Shown here one piece after another: positions 1 through 12,685 of a stretch of DNA of 64,000 nucleotides. The number at the start of each line of letters is the position of its first letter. Within the stretch, counting starts at the first letter, position 1. Below the pieces are notes generated by a model. It was not told where the DNA came from. It worked only from the letters and a program-made list of their open reading frames with translations, and searched no databases. Origin of the DNA: Octopus sinensis (Eukaryota); the NCBI RefSeq assembly GCF_006345805.1, contig NC_042997.1, positions 155,930,001 to 155,994,000 of the forward strand, in the 5' to 3' direction. The translations under genes and the position numbers were made by a program.

Positions 1-620
1 AAATGCACTCATTAGTTAATGCTTGCTTTTACAAGATTACCAAGGTTCAAAATGAAGATTGATGAGTGATATGGTTCTTGAAAATGACATACAATATTTT
101 TAATAGGACGTATAAAACACCAAAATCATATTAATGGACTGTAAACTAGCAAAAACATTTCAAAGCTAAATTACTGGCGAAGAAAATTTCCAATATTTTT
201 TCTTATTTTTACCACCCATCAGAAAATGTTTCCTAATGAACATGGAATACACACACAGCAACATAGTGACCATTATATCTCAAGATATAAACTGAGAAAT
301 TGCAACAATCATGCGAAACGAGTCAATTAGGGAGTCTCTTATTACCACTCATACAGCAAGAGACCACACCCTGCAATCTCAAACACAAATACGTTCAATA
401 AAGTAGCCCTAGACAAAACAAATGATGGAATGATCATGAACATCTTTCTTCATAAGTTTGGTTAACCCAATCATTGCCATATTTTTGTTGAAATACACTA
501 TCTTCTATTTTAATTGTTTTCGAAAACAAAAAAGTTTTTGATAACTTGTCATTGTTAACCAGATGTATGGAACATAAATTAGCACAAACATTTGATAGAT
601 TTTAATACAGTGCATTTTAA

Positions 621-839
621 CCCTTTAGCATGTAAACTGGCCATGTCCAGCCTAAATATTTTCTGTTTTATATTCAAACTGGCCAGATCTGGCCTCTCAC
701 ACCTATCCTATATAGTGATACTAAAAATAAAAAGTCACATCATTGAAATCTCAAAGCCATGAGATACTATATGATTAATTCAAAATAATGTGAATAAATA
801 AGCATAACATTTGATAGAGTAATCTGAATGCTGAAGGGG
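621..839. mobile_element. piggyBac-like MITE, copy 1
   Basis: TTAA|CCCTTTAGCAT ... ATGCTGAAGGGG|TTAA: short TIRs with CCC/GGG ends flanked by TTAA. A homologous copy lies at 45960-46179. Confidence 0.75.
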
Positions 840-1084
840 TTAAACAAGAAGTTTGTCACAGAACTAAGGGCAGTCCTGGGCAGATTGGTATCAAAATGGT
901 TAAAGCAGACTGAGCTGAGATTAAACAGCAACAGACTGAGTGGATTTATCCTACCTAACTTTGCTTACATTACCATTCAACTCTCAGTATACAAAAACAA
1001 AACATGAGCCAAAGCAAGAGCATATATGGTGTCTATCAATTTGCTAGATACTACAGTAAAATCACCTTTAAAACATACCCTATT

Positions 1085-1240
1085 TATTTCTTTATTGCCC
1101 ACAAGGGGTTAAACACAGAGGGGACAAACAAAGGGATTAAGTCGATTACATTGACCCCAGTGTGTAACTGGTACTTATTTAATCAACCCCAAAAGGATGA
1201 AAGGCAAAGTCGATCTCGGCGGAATTTGAACTTGGAACGT
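1085..1240 (-). mobile_element. tRNA-derived SINE (family C) fragment
   Basis: Matches the fuller copy at 34612-34850 (ggatgaaaggcaaagtcga..cggcggaatttgaac). Confidence 0.8.
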
Positions 1241-1489
1241 AGCGTACCCTACTGTCATACAAAATGAAATACACATTAGATAATGTAGTTAGTCCTAGAT
1301 ATACAATGCTTGGAAAATAGATTTAAAAAAAAAAAAAATGGTGGTGGGGGGGGTGACAAAGTGATTATGGCTCAAATACCTTTGTTTTATCATTAGTTTA
1401 CTTAAAAAGGGATGACATGGCACTCAACAGCAAAAACATAAAAACAAAATTATTTGGATAATAAATAGAATGTACACACTGTGAAAACA

Positions 1490-1880
1490 AAAGGAAAAGC
1501 AATGGACAGCTTCTAATTCACATGTGTAAGGCAAATACTCAACATCAAGTGGCTGCAAAAGGGTCTGAAATGATACAATTGAAATGACAACAGGCATCAA
1601 CAGGATCAGTGATGAAATACGACATAGATGCTGGAAGTGGATCAGACACGTCCTCAGACAAGATCAACCGAGTGATTGTATGGTAGCACTAAAGTGGAAG
1701 TCCAAGGGGAAAAGAGCAGCAGGGTGCCCTAAAACCACACGGTGAAGGACCATTGACAAGAAAAGGAGATAAGAAGGGTGGAGAAGCTAGAATGAGATCA
1801 GAACAATGGCGGAAAACAAAGCTGGTTGAAGAGATCATACTGTGGCCTTATGTGCCTTATAGCATGGAGAAAACTAACAC
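1490..1880 (+). mobile_element. Decayed RTE-clade LINE, ORF2 C-terminus
   Basis: Translation with stops: ISDEIRHRCWKWIRHVLRQDQPSDCMVALKWKSKGKRAAGCPKTT...MAENKAG*RDHTVALCAL. This resembles the RTE C-terminal pattern RRWxWIGHVLR...GKRxxGRPKTTW...W..V.ALC. Confidence 0.7.
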
Positions 1881-4179
1881 ATTTATTATGACACAAGACC
1901 AATCATAAAACATGAGAGAATGTGACCCAGAACTTGAACCCTAGGCATATTTGCAATGCTTTACAAGATGTTTAAAAGTGAAAAGGAGGACATTACTTTA
2001 TAAACAGCAAAATCTGGAGTTATCAATACCATTATTTATAAGATTGTAGTTTGTAATTCTTCCAACAAGAAAATATTGACCAGAAAGTTTATTAAATATC
2101 AAACAGCGATGTTGTAATTTAAAAAGTTGCAACTTTTCTCTAGTTTGTTTCATTGTAATAACAGTTTGAAATGAGAAAAAAAAAAAATTATAATAATTTT
2201 GCAGTGAAAGGTGGATTTTGTCAAACAATGAATGCAACTAACACAATGCCATTGAAATGTTCAAATAAAAATGTCATTTTCACTAAAATTAAAAATAAAA
2301 GAGCAAGTGAGTAATAGAGAAAATGAGAATGTGTGTGAATAAAGTGGAATGGGAGAGAAAATGACAGAGTGAAGGTGGAGTGGAAAGGGAGAACAGGCTG
2401 AATTCTTCATTATAATTTATTGCTGAAAGGTTCAAAGAATTTGATTTTCCAGCTTTTATTTTTTGGGAAAAGAAAAATCCGAAGCTTTTACAGTATTCAA
2501 TTTAAATATTCTAAAATGGTGGTGAGTGATATCAGTAAATGTACAAATGGTGGTGGTGGTGATAGGGGAGTATATCAATACAAGTATAAATGATTGTGAG
2601 TGGAGAAGGATATCCAGACGTCTACAAATGGTGGGTGATATCAATACATGCATAAATTATGATGGGAGAGATGATATTAAGACCTGTGCAGGTGGCTGTA
2701 GTGAAAAAGGAAGATATCAGTACATGAACAAATGTCAGTGAGAGCATGGTTGCAAATAAATATATTATGTGCTGGTACCACATAAAATGCATCTGTGCCA
2801 GTGCCATGTAAAGAGCACTCAGCACACTTTGTAAAGCAGTTGGCATTAGGAAGAGTATCCAGCCATAGAAACCATGCTAAAACAAATTGGAGCCTGGTTT
2901 GTAGCATGGAAAATGGGCATTAAATGATGATGGTCATCATCATCATCGTTTAACATCCACTTTTCTAAGCTTGCATGGATCAGATGAAATGTGCCAAAAC
3001 AAAGTTTTTTAAGGCTGGATGCTCTTCCTATTGCCAACCTTCATTTGTTTCAAAGCAAGGTAATATTTTCCCATTGACATATGTTTTTCCATGGAAGACT
3101 AAAAGTGAACACTCATACTCATATGACCATGATGCTCATTTACAACCATCATGTGATGTTTTGATAAGAGTACACACAAACACATACACCCAAATAATAA
3201 ACAGTATATACATAAAAAAAACAAAAACAGTGGAATAATACTGTGTGGTAGCAACAAGCCTTTATTAGCAATGAGGCTGTGTGTTCACTCTCATTGCTTG
3301 ACAGTAATCGTTAATGGTTATGATGAATCATGATTTAAAAAAATTAAATAGGAAATAAATTAAACAAAATGCTTCTAAAAAAAAAATTTGAAGTTAAAAG
3401 TTAATTAAAACAGTCATGTCAGGATAATGCCTAACTTATGGTTAATAAGCTGCTCTACTATTACTGTAAATAATTTGAGGCATCATATAACACAAGAGGA
3501 AGTGCAATATGTGGGCTATGTATATATGAATTTATCTGAATTAAAAACCTGTAAATCTCCAGTATACACAAAACTTTTTTGCAATATCCCTACATCTTCA
3601 GCTTTGTGTCATTCTAAACTTGGATTTCAAATAACATTTTAGTTTTTCAGAACAGCAGTGGTGGTAAGTCTGCAGCTTGCTGTAGTGACAGATCTACAGA
3701 ACGGCTGTAGTAACAGATCTTTTTACACAGTCATAAATCTTCAGAACTGTCATGTTAACAAGGCTTCAGAACTGCCAGAATGACAAGCCTTCAAACAACA
3801 AGTTCCATCTTTAAATCTTGATGTTTATCTAATAGACAGACATTAAATTTTTTAGTGCAAAAGTGAGTTGATGAGTGTTTTTTGCCTCATCTACACCAGA
3901 AAATAAAAAAATTATTTCAACTGCCAATCAGAACCATCTCAGTTCTGACCATATAGACTTATGACGAAAGGTATTCCAACCATGGCAATCCTATTTTTCA
4001 GTCCCAACAATATTAAGGACTACATTATCCAACGTATTCATTATTCAGAAGGGCAAGCATGATTTGAGGGAAGTTTGGCTGCTATCTCTAACAGGCAAAA
4101 TAACCGCATAGAACAGAGCAAAAAAAAAAAAAAATCAGCATCAGAAACGAACTGCAAATATAAACCTCTGGGAATGCAT

Positions 4180-4610
4180 CTATCTTTTACTTGTCTTAAT
4201 CATTGGACAGTGGCAATGTTGGGGTACTGCTTTGAAGGGTTTAGTCAAACAAATTGATAAATACCAGATTTAAAAATTACCTAAAAATTACCTTTAAATC
4301 TGGTAGTATTTATTCTACCAGTCTCTTTTTGAGAACCACTAATTTACAGAGATGTGAACAAACCAACACTGATTGTCAAATAGTAGGGGAGTTGGATAAC
4401 CCCTCCCCACACACACAGATGCATGCACACACACACACACATGGGGCAGGTTTCCACACAGTTTCTGTCTACCAGATCCATTCACAAAGCATTGGTTGAC
4501 CTGGGTCTATAGCAAAAGTCACTTGCTCAAGATACTGTACAGTAGGACTGAACCAAAGATCACATGGATTGCAAAGTGAGCTTCTTAACCACACAGCTAT
4601 GCCTGTGCCA
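4180..4610 (-). mobile_element. tRNA-derived SINE (family A)
   Basis: Reverse complement of the recurrent ggctgtgtggttaagaag...gttcagtcc...(CA)n...gaaacaagtaaaaga element, with A/B-box-like head. Confidence 0.8.
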
Positions 4611-5023
4611 TTATGAGACAAATAACAATAATAATAAATGAATCTTCTGTTGATTTCAATGATGACTATTCAGTGTCCAATCCACTGAGTGACTACTCCT
4701 TGAATTAACATGTGAAGTGACTAAGTTGTCTACAAATGAGTGTAACCTTAATGTAATTAATTCTCAGGGAGAATCTGCATGCCACAGTGTGTTCAGGCTG
4801 GAGTTTTGAATTACAAGTGCAATCCATTTGGCAGCCTACTAAATAGTTTCTGTCCATCTATCCAGCTATACTCACAAGGCTTTGGTTAACCTGAGGTTGT
4901 GGTAAAAGACCTTTGCCCAAGATACCACTCGGGGGAACCAGATGCAGGGTTGTATGATAACAAAGTGAACTTTTAACCATTCAGTCATATGAAAATAGAA
5001 TTATAAAAAAATATCATAACAGG

Positions 5024-5378
5024 TACATGCATGGCCGAGTGGTTAAGAGGCTTGTTTTGTAACCACACAGCATCGTGTTCAGTCCTACTGCACAGTACCT
5101 TGGGTAACCGTCATCTACTATAGCTGCAGGCAAACCAATGCCTTGTGTAGATGGAAATTGTGGAATCCCATCATATGTGTATGTGTGTGTTATCCCACCC
5201 TTTCCCCAGTGTTGATTTATGTCCTCTGTAACTTAGCAGTTCAGCAAAAGGAGCTAACAGAATAAGTAACAATTTAAAAATAAAAAAAAGTACTGGGGTT
5301 GATTTGTTCAAGAAAAACTTTCAAGGTGGTGCCTAAGTATGACCACAGTCCTATGACCGAAACAAGTAAACGATAAAA
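5024..5378 (+). mobile_element. tRNA-derived SINE (family A)
   Basis: Head tggccgagtggttaagaggc..gttcagtcc and tail gaccgaaacaagtaaacgataaaag. Confidence 0.8.
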
Positions 5379-5728
5379 GGTAACAATATATTTGCACAGC
5401 TTTCATTTATAGCTTTCTGCGCTGCATGCTCTTTGACTCCCGTTATTGATACAAAATGGCTGCAAACTAGCAGGAACAGTTTAGTAAGTAAATATTCAGA
5501 ATTTGCTCAAACCATCCCACTGCTGTTGCACAAGTAGTGAAAAATGAATGCAAAATAAAATTTAATTAGAAGACATATTTATTTAACAACATCACTCCAC
5601 CTAGTTCAGAAAATATCTGCAGGTTACCAGATTTCACATTCTGAATTGCCTTCCTCACTAATCTCTAACCTATCCCTATACAGATGTTGATTTACTATAT
5701 TTTCTGGCTTACAAGTCAATGCAATATA

Positions 5729-6222
5729 TAGTAATCTGTATATCTTACTTAATGTGGCTATACTGTAAGAAAGCATCTTGTACAGATGTATAGTGCTAGT
5801 GCATGCATATACAGCTGCATGCATGCGCACATACACGTGACTACTGTCCAAATCTCCAACCAATCACATACAGCTAGCTGGCATTCAATTGGTGTATCAA
5901 GTTTCAGGCATTTCGATTGGGTTTTGGATAGAAAATTCACAAAAAAGTCACTTCTATTGATTTTTTTAAATGGCTTTGCGGGGTGACTGGGGAAATGTGA
6001 AGATTTGCACGACCACCCTTGGATGGTTTTAAATGACCATAGAAAGTGCGAGCCCTCTAACTGAAAAATTGTGGATTTGTATAAAGGACACACACGCAGA
6101 CATTTTGCCGTTTATATATATAGAGATTATACATTTATGCAAGATGCTTTATCAAGACGAATACTGCAGTGTTGTGGTTTCTTACAGTATATCTACATTA
6201 AGTAAGATATACAGATTGCTAT
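5729..6222. repeat. Foldback / inverted-repeat element
   Basis: Left arm gtaatctgtatatcttacttaatgtggctatactgtaagaaagcatcttg is the reverse complement of the right arm caagatgctt[about 29-nt insert]ttcttacagtatatctacattaagtaagatatacagattgc. Confidence 0.7.
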
Positions 6223-6536
6223 TATGAACTAATACTACTTCCATCACTAATAATGAAAGTAGTATACAGTGTAAACATTCAAACACTGTCATTATCTTAC
6301 CAAATCCTGATTTATTTCACATGGAATTTTTTGCCCTCTAAAGTCTTGTTTTATAGGTTGTGTGTAAATTTTAGAAAAATTAGACTTGTAAGCCAGATAA
6401 TATAGTAGACAGATTCAAGCTGAACATCAGCTGCATTGATCTCAAGTTTGGAAGATTGTGCAATCATTACTCATTCTCACAAACAAAAATCTAATGTCTA
6501 GTAATGGTTTTCCATAATGGTTATCACTGGCATGTG

Positions 6537-6883
6537 CAGTGCTAGATTAACCATTAAGCAAAATAAGCACGTAGTCAGGGCATCAAGGGAAGGGGTGCAC
6601 CACAGAAATGGTAAATGGTTTATGGCACAAAAGAAATCACTCTGAACTTGGCTAAAATAATAATCAAGATGCCTTATCTCTACTAAGTATAGAAGTAGAT
6701 GTGTTATGTAAGATTAATTTTGAGGATTTGATCAAAGACTTTGCAATTAAAAAAAGGAGAAGAAAACTTTTGAAACATAAATTTATTATGGTTTATTACT
6801 GTTTATATTTTGAATTACAAAAATATGAGAGCACCAACATCTTTTAAGTGCCTAGGGTCTCTGTGGGTCTTAATCTGGCCCTG
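6537..6883. mobile_element. hAT-like MITE
   Basis: Degenerate TIRs cagtgctagattaa / ttaatctggccctg. The 8-bp flanks ggcatgtg and ggagtgtg match at 6/8, consistent with a decayed hAT TSD. Confidence 0.55.
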
Positions 6884-6959
6884 GGAGTGTGTAAGTGAAT
6901 CCAAGTAATTTTAGTCACACTTCTAACTTTAGGTATGTTCCAATGCACTATCTTGCAAT

Positions 6960-7440
6960 CATATATATCATTACTTTGATTAACCAAGACATGTAAGATC
7001 TTCCATAAGAGTTTCATAATCAAATTTCTTCCAAGTCAGCTGTACATTTTCATTTTCTTTATTATATAATCTACTATATTATTCCATTCATATGTCTAGA
7101 TGAACCTCTCGCCTCTCTGATGTCGATATACATAGACGGCCTGTAGCTTGAAACAAGTTAAATCTTAAAGGATACCTATTAGTTTTCTACATAATTCACT
7201 ACACGTATATGCTAAGACGTTTTTCAAATTCCACAACAAAGAGAGATTTCTACCTTTCTAAATTGATCTTAAACGAAACTAGTAATTCCCCACTGGTTCT
7301 GGCACTTCATCTTGCTTTCTGGTTTGAACAGTGTCAATGTAAGCTTTTAGTCTCTCTTAACTGGTGCAGACACTAGATGATTGATTGTTATCCAAAGTTT
7401 TGTTTGCAAGATCACCAAGAGCTATTTGTTCTTCTGCCAT
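6960..7440 (-). pseudogene. Decayed ORF, probably retroelement-derived (family unidentified)
   Basis: ATG at 7440: MAEEQIALGDLANKTLDNNQSSSVCTS*ERLKAYIDTVQTRKQDEVPEPVGNY*..., then frameshifted protein-like pieces (VEFEKRLSI, YPLRFNLF, ENVQLTWKKFDYETLMEDL). Confidence 0.25.
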
Positions 7441-7934
7441 AGGCTTAAATTATATAGCCAAAACACTCAGGTGCACACTGGAGTGTTTGTTTATTTACAT
7501 ACTGCTCTCCCTTGGGGAAGGAGGCACGTTTTGTTCAGCTGCATACATGTGGCAGTGCTAACTCATAATTCATGGCCTAATCACTTAGTTATGTCTACTC
7601 TAAGCACACATGACTAAATACATGCATGCATACGCACAGAGAGATTATAGCTATCAATTATATTTTAAAGGATACAATGATATTTCTTTTATTATTCTGA
7701 AATATAGCAATGAAAATAGAGTAAAAAAAAAAACGTAGCATTCCAACTACAATAGTACAACTTGATACAGAATTTAGAATATCCATTAGAATGACAAAGA
7801 AAGTACATGTGATGATTCAGAATGAAATTTCCACTTTCCTACAGTTAATAGCTAAACAATGGGAAAACCAATACAATGTGAAAAGAAAAATGGCAAAATG
7901 ATAAACTGCTGAGTGACCCTAGGCTAGAACCTAC

Positions 7935-7958
7935 CTTGTTATCAAATGAATAAAACTG
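7935..7958 (-). CDS. Candidate 24-nt microexon (QFYSFDNK) of an unidentified host gene
   Basis: Minus strand reads ttttttcttttttttatacag|CAGTTTTATTCATTTGATAACAAG|gtaggt: strong acceptor, strong donor, length divisible by 3. Confidence 0.35.
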
Positions 7959-8209
7959 CTGTATAAAAAAAAAGAAAAAATTCCTAACAAAAAAAAAAAC
8001 CCCAGCAAAACAATGAAATACTGACTGCTTTTAAATTTAAAAAGGTAGCTCAAAGAATTACTTAAGATCTCAGCTGCTTTTGCTAACATTTTTTTATGGA
8101 ACAGCACAGTTCTCTCCTGAAATTATTTCAATTTCAAGATATTTGTTATTCTAGAATTAAAACCCAGCAATTATCTTGCAAATAAAAAATATAAAAAAAT
8201 AAAGACATG

Positions 8210-8229
8210 AGAGAGAGGAAACAAAGAGG

Positions 8230-8302
<73 letters not shown>

Positions 8303-8770
8303 TAAGTTAGAGAAAGTATGAGATAGCATGAAAAAGGGAAATTGCATAAGGTATAAGACAGCAAGAGAAAGGGGGAACATGTGGAATAGCACAAGAAGGG
8401 GAGAGTAGGTAGGATAGTGATAGAAAGGGAGAGTGTGGGAAAGCAAGAGACAGGGAGAGTATATGGGATAGTGAGAGAAGTGGAGAGCGTACAGGATAGA
8501 ATGCGAAAGTGTACAGGATAACCAAAGAAAGGGAATGTGTACTGGGTAAAAAGAGAAAAGGAGCATGGACAGGATAGAAAGAGCACATAATTAAGACAGG
8601 AAGAGATAACAAGAGAAAGACAGAATGCATGAGATAAAGAGAGGGAGAGCATGTGAGATGACAAGAGTAAACAAGAGACATAGCAAATAGAGCACATGTA
8701 GCAGAGAGAGAGAGAGAGAGAGGGAAGGAGAGAGAAAGAGAGAGAGAGAGGGGGAGAGAGAGAAAGAGAG
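8210..8770. repeat. (GA)n microsatellites and polypurine tract
   Basis: Perfect (GA)n at about 8234-8298 within a purine-rich stretch of about 560 bp. This explains much of the L/S-rich spurious ORFs 8146-9057, 8171-8566 and 8307-8795. Confidence 0.9.
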
Positions 8771-8856
8771 AGTGTGTGTGCATGCAAGATGTCACAATTA
8801 CCCAGTTTTTGCTTCTCTGAGCAAGCTAGAAGCCTAGCATCTTCACCCGAGCTTAC

Positions 8857-9094
8857 TTGTCTGCCCGTCTTCTCATCACTTATGCTGTTTCCTCCACCTG
8901 GATCTACATTATCTTCTACAGCCAATCTTTCATCTATGCAATGTAAACCTCCCTCTGAATTGTCTTTCTCCACAAATTTTTCCTGAGACATTAAACTGCA
9001 GGTGTTTAAACCGAGCACCACCCATATGAATCCCAACAAGGCTTGGAGAACTTGCAAAAGTCCTGGACACTGCTCCTTCCTTTTGGCTAAACTA
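8857..9094 (-). CDS. Candidate coding exon (…QVLQALLGFIWVVLG…EKFVEKDNSEGG…DEKTGRQ)
   Basis: Acceptor ctttctttttgttgtcag, open frame of 79 codons, donor CAA|gtaagc. An alternative acceptor gives 8857-8982 (42 codons, phase 0-0). No recognisable homology. Confidence 0.3.
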
Positions 9095-11124
9095 CTGACA
9101 ACAAAAAGAAAGTCTCACATTACACAGAAGTTCCTGGAATCATAAATAAAATCAGAAGCAATGTAGGAGAAGATATTTTTGGTTTAGTGTAGTCACTAAT
9201 AGTCTAGTTGTTTTTGACTAAACTTTTTCCTTTTAGAATTAAATTGGAAAGACAAGTTGATAAAAAAAAGATTTTTTATGCAGTGAATATAAATTGTCAA
9301 CTTCATTAAACTGACTTTTTCTCCAGTTAACTTAGAGTATTTCTGTGGTTTTTGTTTCGTTCTTCAAATTGAAAAAAAAAAAAAAAGAAAAATATTGTGC
9401 TCAAGGTTAAATATTGTTCAATAGAAAGCAAATCTAAAGAAAAGTTCCTGCTTTCATAAAAATAATAAAATCAGAACAAAAAAAATATTTTTTTGAAACC
9501 ATTTCATTTTGCAGATACTTAAGTCAATATTTTCTTTATGTTTTAATTAAAATTATTCTTAAACAGTTTTCCTTATGATAGACTCATATTTCAAAAGTTT
9601 CCTATCAAAAAAAAATATTAACATATACTTTTTAAAATGTTCACAGAATAGTAATGAGGCAGAAAACAAACCTTGTGGTTGAATGTTTGGATAATGCTAT
9701 AATATTTTTAACTTTTAATTTTTATAGGGTCTTTGTAATAAACAACATAACTTGAGCTAATTGAATAATACTGATCAAGAATAAACAACAAAATGGGTAT
9801 TTTGAAATCCAAGTGGAACTTGGTAATAGACATGCCATCAAACTTGCCACAACTAATGTTACAATAAACAGATGAATATTTACACCTCTACCCACCACCA
9901 TCACACAAAGATATTCCATTTAAACATAAAAATATAAAATTTTTAAAGTAGGTGACAGGCAGATAGATCTGAAGGTCTGGCATAGAGAAGAAATATCATT
10001 GATGAGGTTGTAAATGGCAATGAAAGAACATTGACAAATGTAGCTGATTGATTTATTAAATAAATGATTAATCAAACAATCAACTTAATTGGTTAAATGT
10101 TAATGAATTTAATAATAATGAAAGATGTGAAATAGAACCTGTACATTTGTTTATTATTGGCAGAATGACCATCCCTAGATGCAACAAAATCTGCTTCAAC
10201 ACAAGTTCACATCAAGAATGTTGCAAACCAATCTTAACGTCTACCTATTTTCATTTTCTAAACCACGAAGCTGGGGCAAATGAGAAATTGACAAAAGATG
10301 GAAAAGGTTTATACACTCCAATTTATAGATACTAATCGTTAATAATCAAAAGTATGTTGAGAATAGTGAACAGTGTAACAAACAAGAAATAACTGAGTGA
10401 ATACCTGTGAAATTAGGCAAAATGCAGGAGTGGAAATCAATGTTATGCATTCACAGTGGACCAAAAATATGAAATCTTGAGAGAGGAAGGTATTAGAAAT
10501 GCAGCACAGTTAAACATTTTAAAGTTCATATAAAAGTTAAATTAGAAATAATTTTACAAGCTTGTAAGTGCATTTTGTAGATGGAAACTGAAAGAAGCCT
10601 GTTGTGTGTGTGTGCATGTGTGAGTCTCCTTGCCTTGACTTCACACGATAATCATAGGTGACTTATTATCACACACGCAGTGTCATTTGTTTCCAATCTT
10701 CTGGCCTGGGGAAATTTTACCTTCATTGAAAACAAGTGAGGGTTGGTGATAGGGAAGGCATCCAGCAATAGAAAATCTATTGCAACAAATTCTGTCTAAC
10801 CCATGCAAGCATGAAAAAATAGATGTTATGATGATTATGATCATCATCATGACTATTATATCTTGATCATACTATTAGTGTAGATACTGAACTGTTTAGC
10901 ACCAATGATGATGAGTACGTCAAAATCCTTTCAACATTAAATGTTATTGCAATGTTTAAGGTGATGACATTATATAACTATTGACATAGTATTACAAAAG
11001 AGTCACAAAAGAAGCCAAAAAAAAAAAAACCCACATCAGTTACGTAAAAGTAAGCATTTTCAGCTGTTTTTTAGTTTATTTTTTTTTTAAATTTAAATTG
11101 CTATGTTGAATCAAAACCCTATAT

Positions 11125-11560
11125 CATGATCATCATCATCATCATTGTATTTTTACGTCTGTTTTCCATCAACTTTTATATGCTTGTATGGATCAGATGG
11201 AGTCTATTGAGGCAGATTTCATATAGTCAGATGCCTTTTCTATTGCCAACCTGCACTTACTTTCAAGTAAGGTAATATTTTCCTTTGGCCAAATATGTTT
11301 ACACAGAATACTGGAAATGGGTGACACTACTTGTATAGCAATAACAAACCTATTGCACAATGTCAAGACAAGAAGACACAAACATACACATACTCACATA
11401 TATACAACAGTCCCCTTTCAGTTTCCATCTACCAAATTCACTCACAAAGCTTTGGTTGGCACAAAACTACAGAAGACACTTGTCCAAGACACCATGCGAT
11501 GAGACTGAACCTGAAAACCATGTGGTTAGGAAGGAAGCTTTTTAATTTCAAAACACCCGT
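11125..11560 (-). mobile_element. Composite SINE (family A head plus RTE-type (GAT)n tail)
   Basis: Starts with a catcatcatc tail, then ttgccaacc..tttcaagtaaggtaatattt, then tttccatctaccaaattcactcacaaagc and the SINE-A head, all reverse complemented. Confidence 0.7.
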
Positions 11561-12655
11561 GTCTATATAGAATAGGTATTAAATGAGATATCCAATTAAT
11601 TAATAGCAGTTAGAACTTCAACTGTAAACTTTTAAATCAATGTCTGTCTAGAAATCTATTCAAAATGTTCTTAACTTATGAGATAGATACAATTTGTAAG
11701 AGTGTTTTGGATATTTTCTTAAAAGTGCATTTCGATGACTCCCACGGTGAAGATCAGAATAAGATATCAGAAAATAAATGATATCAGTTCAAGTAGAGAC
11801 AGACTCATAGACTAGAATATCGGTAATTGTAAAAGATTCCTAGCTCATAGATCAATCAGCCTGAATAATGAGATGCTTTTATTTCAGCATAACTTTTTCG
11901 GTTATGATAGGAAAACCTGCAATACTCTTACATTTCAGAGAACAAATATTGTTTACAATTTACAAGACAACTTATTTTCTAAATCTCTCTATAAAAACTA
12001 GTTTTGGAATATTGAATGTAAAATTTTTAAATAGGCTTTTTGTAAAAAGTTTAGGTTGGACATTTTACAATATTTCAGCAAACAAATGAATTGAAGAGAA
12101 CAAGAAAAAATTGAAAAACTTAAGGAGAAAAAAAAAAAAAGAAAATTCTCTTCCCAACTGATGTAGTTATTTCAGTTGTGAAGACTTTAATTAGATTCCA
12201 GCAAATTTGATCTATATTTTTAGCCATGATAATCCTATCTCAGCTGTAGATATAATGTCCTAAGTTCTAAGGTCTTCTTTGCATGCGATTCCTGTCTTCA
12301 AGATGGCAAGGAATTTTCGCAACTATTTAGAGTAGATTGAATAATTATGAAGAATACTTTCTAGCTGACCAAAACAGTATATAACATCAACTTTAAAAAT
12401 AACCCAATGGAAGAGTATCTATGTTGTTGTTCAACCAGCTAGAAATATAAGCCAAATGTCCCTCAAACCACACATTGTCTACAAAAAACCGCTCATTCAG
12501 AAAATGTAGAAACATTAGGCATAAACGGCATGATAGAAAATCTTGGCTAAAATGCTTTTGATCATAGGTCTACTCAGCATTAATAGCTACACAAGAGTCA
12601 CACTTTGCATTTGTTACTAACCATCAACAGAATTGACCAAACCTGCATCTTGTAC

Positions 12656-12685
12656 CTGTGCTGCAGCCATCTCCAGTTTTCATTC
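12656..12685 (-). CDS. Candidate 30-nt exon
   Basis: gttttatag|GAATGAAAACTGGAGATGGCTGCAGCACAG|gtacaa; open in two frames (NENWRWLQH or MKTGDGCST). Confidence 0.2.

Noticed and set aside
292-328. Hammerhead-like CTGAGAA…GCA/TGC-GAAACGAGTC
   Set aside because: The core lacks G8, the spacing to stem II is too long and no stem I pairing was found. At most it is a heavily decayed relic.
3654-3666. Plus-strand ttttcag|AACAGCAGTGGTG|gtaagt microexon-like signal
   Set aside because: It is 13 nt (frameshifting), isolated, and on the opposite strand to the other candidates; such signals are expected by chance in AT-rich DNA.
8146-9057. Longest ORF in the track (303 aa)
   Set aside because: About two thirds is translation of the (GA)n/polypurine tract (SLSLSL). 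Only the 8857-9094 part is kept, as a weak exon candidate.
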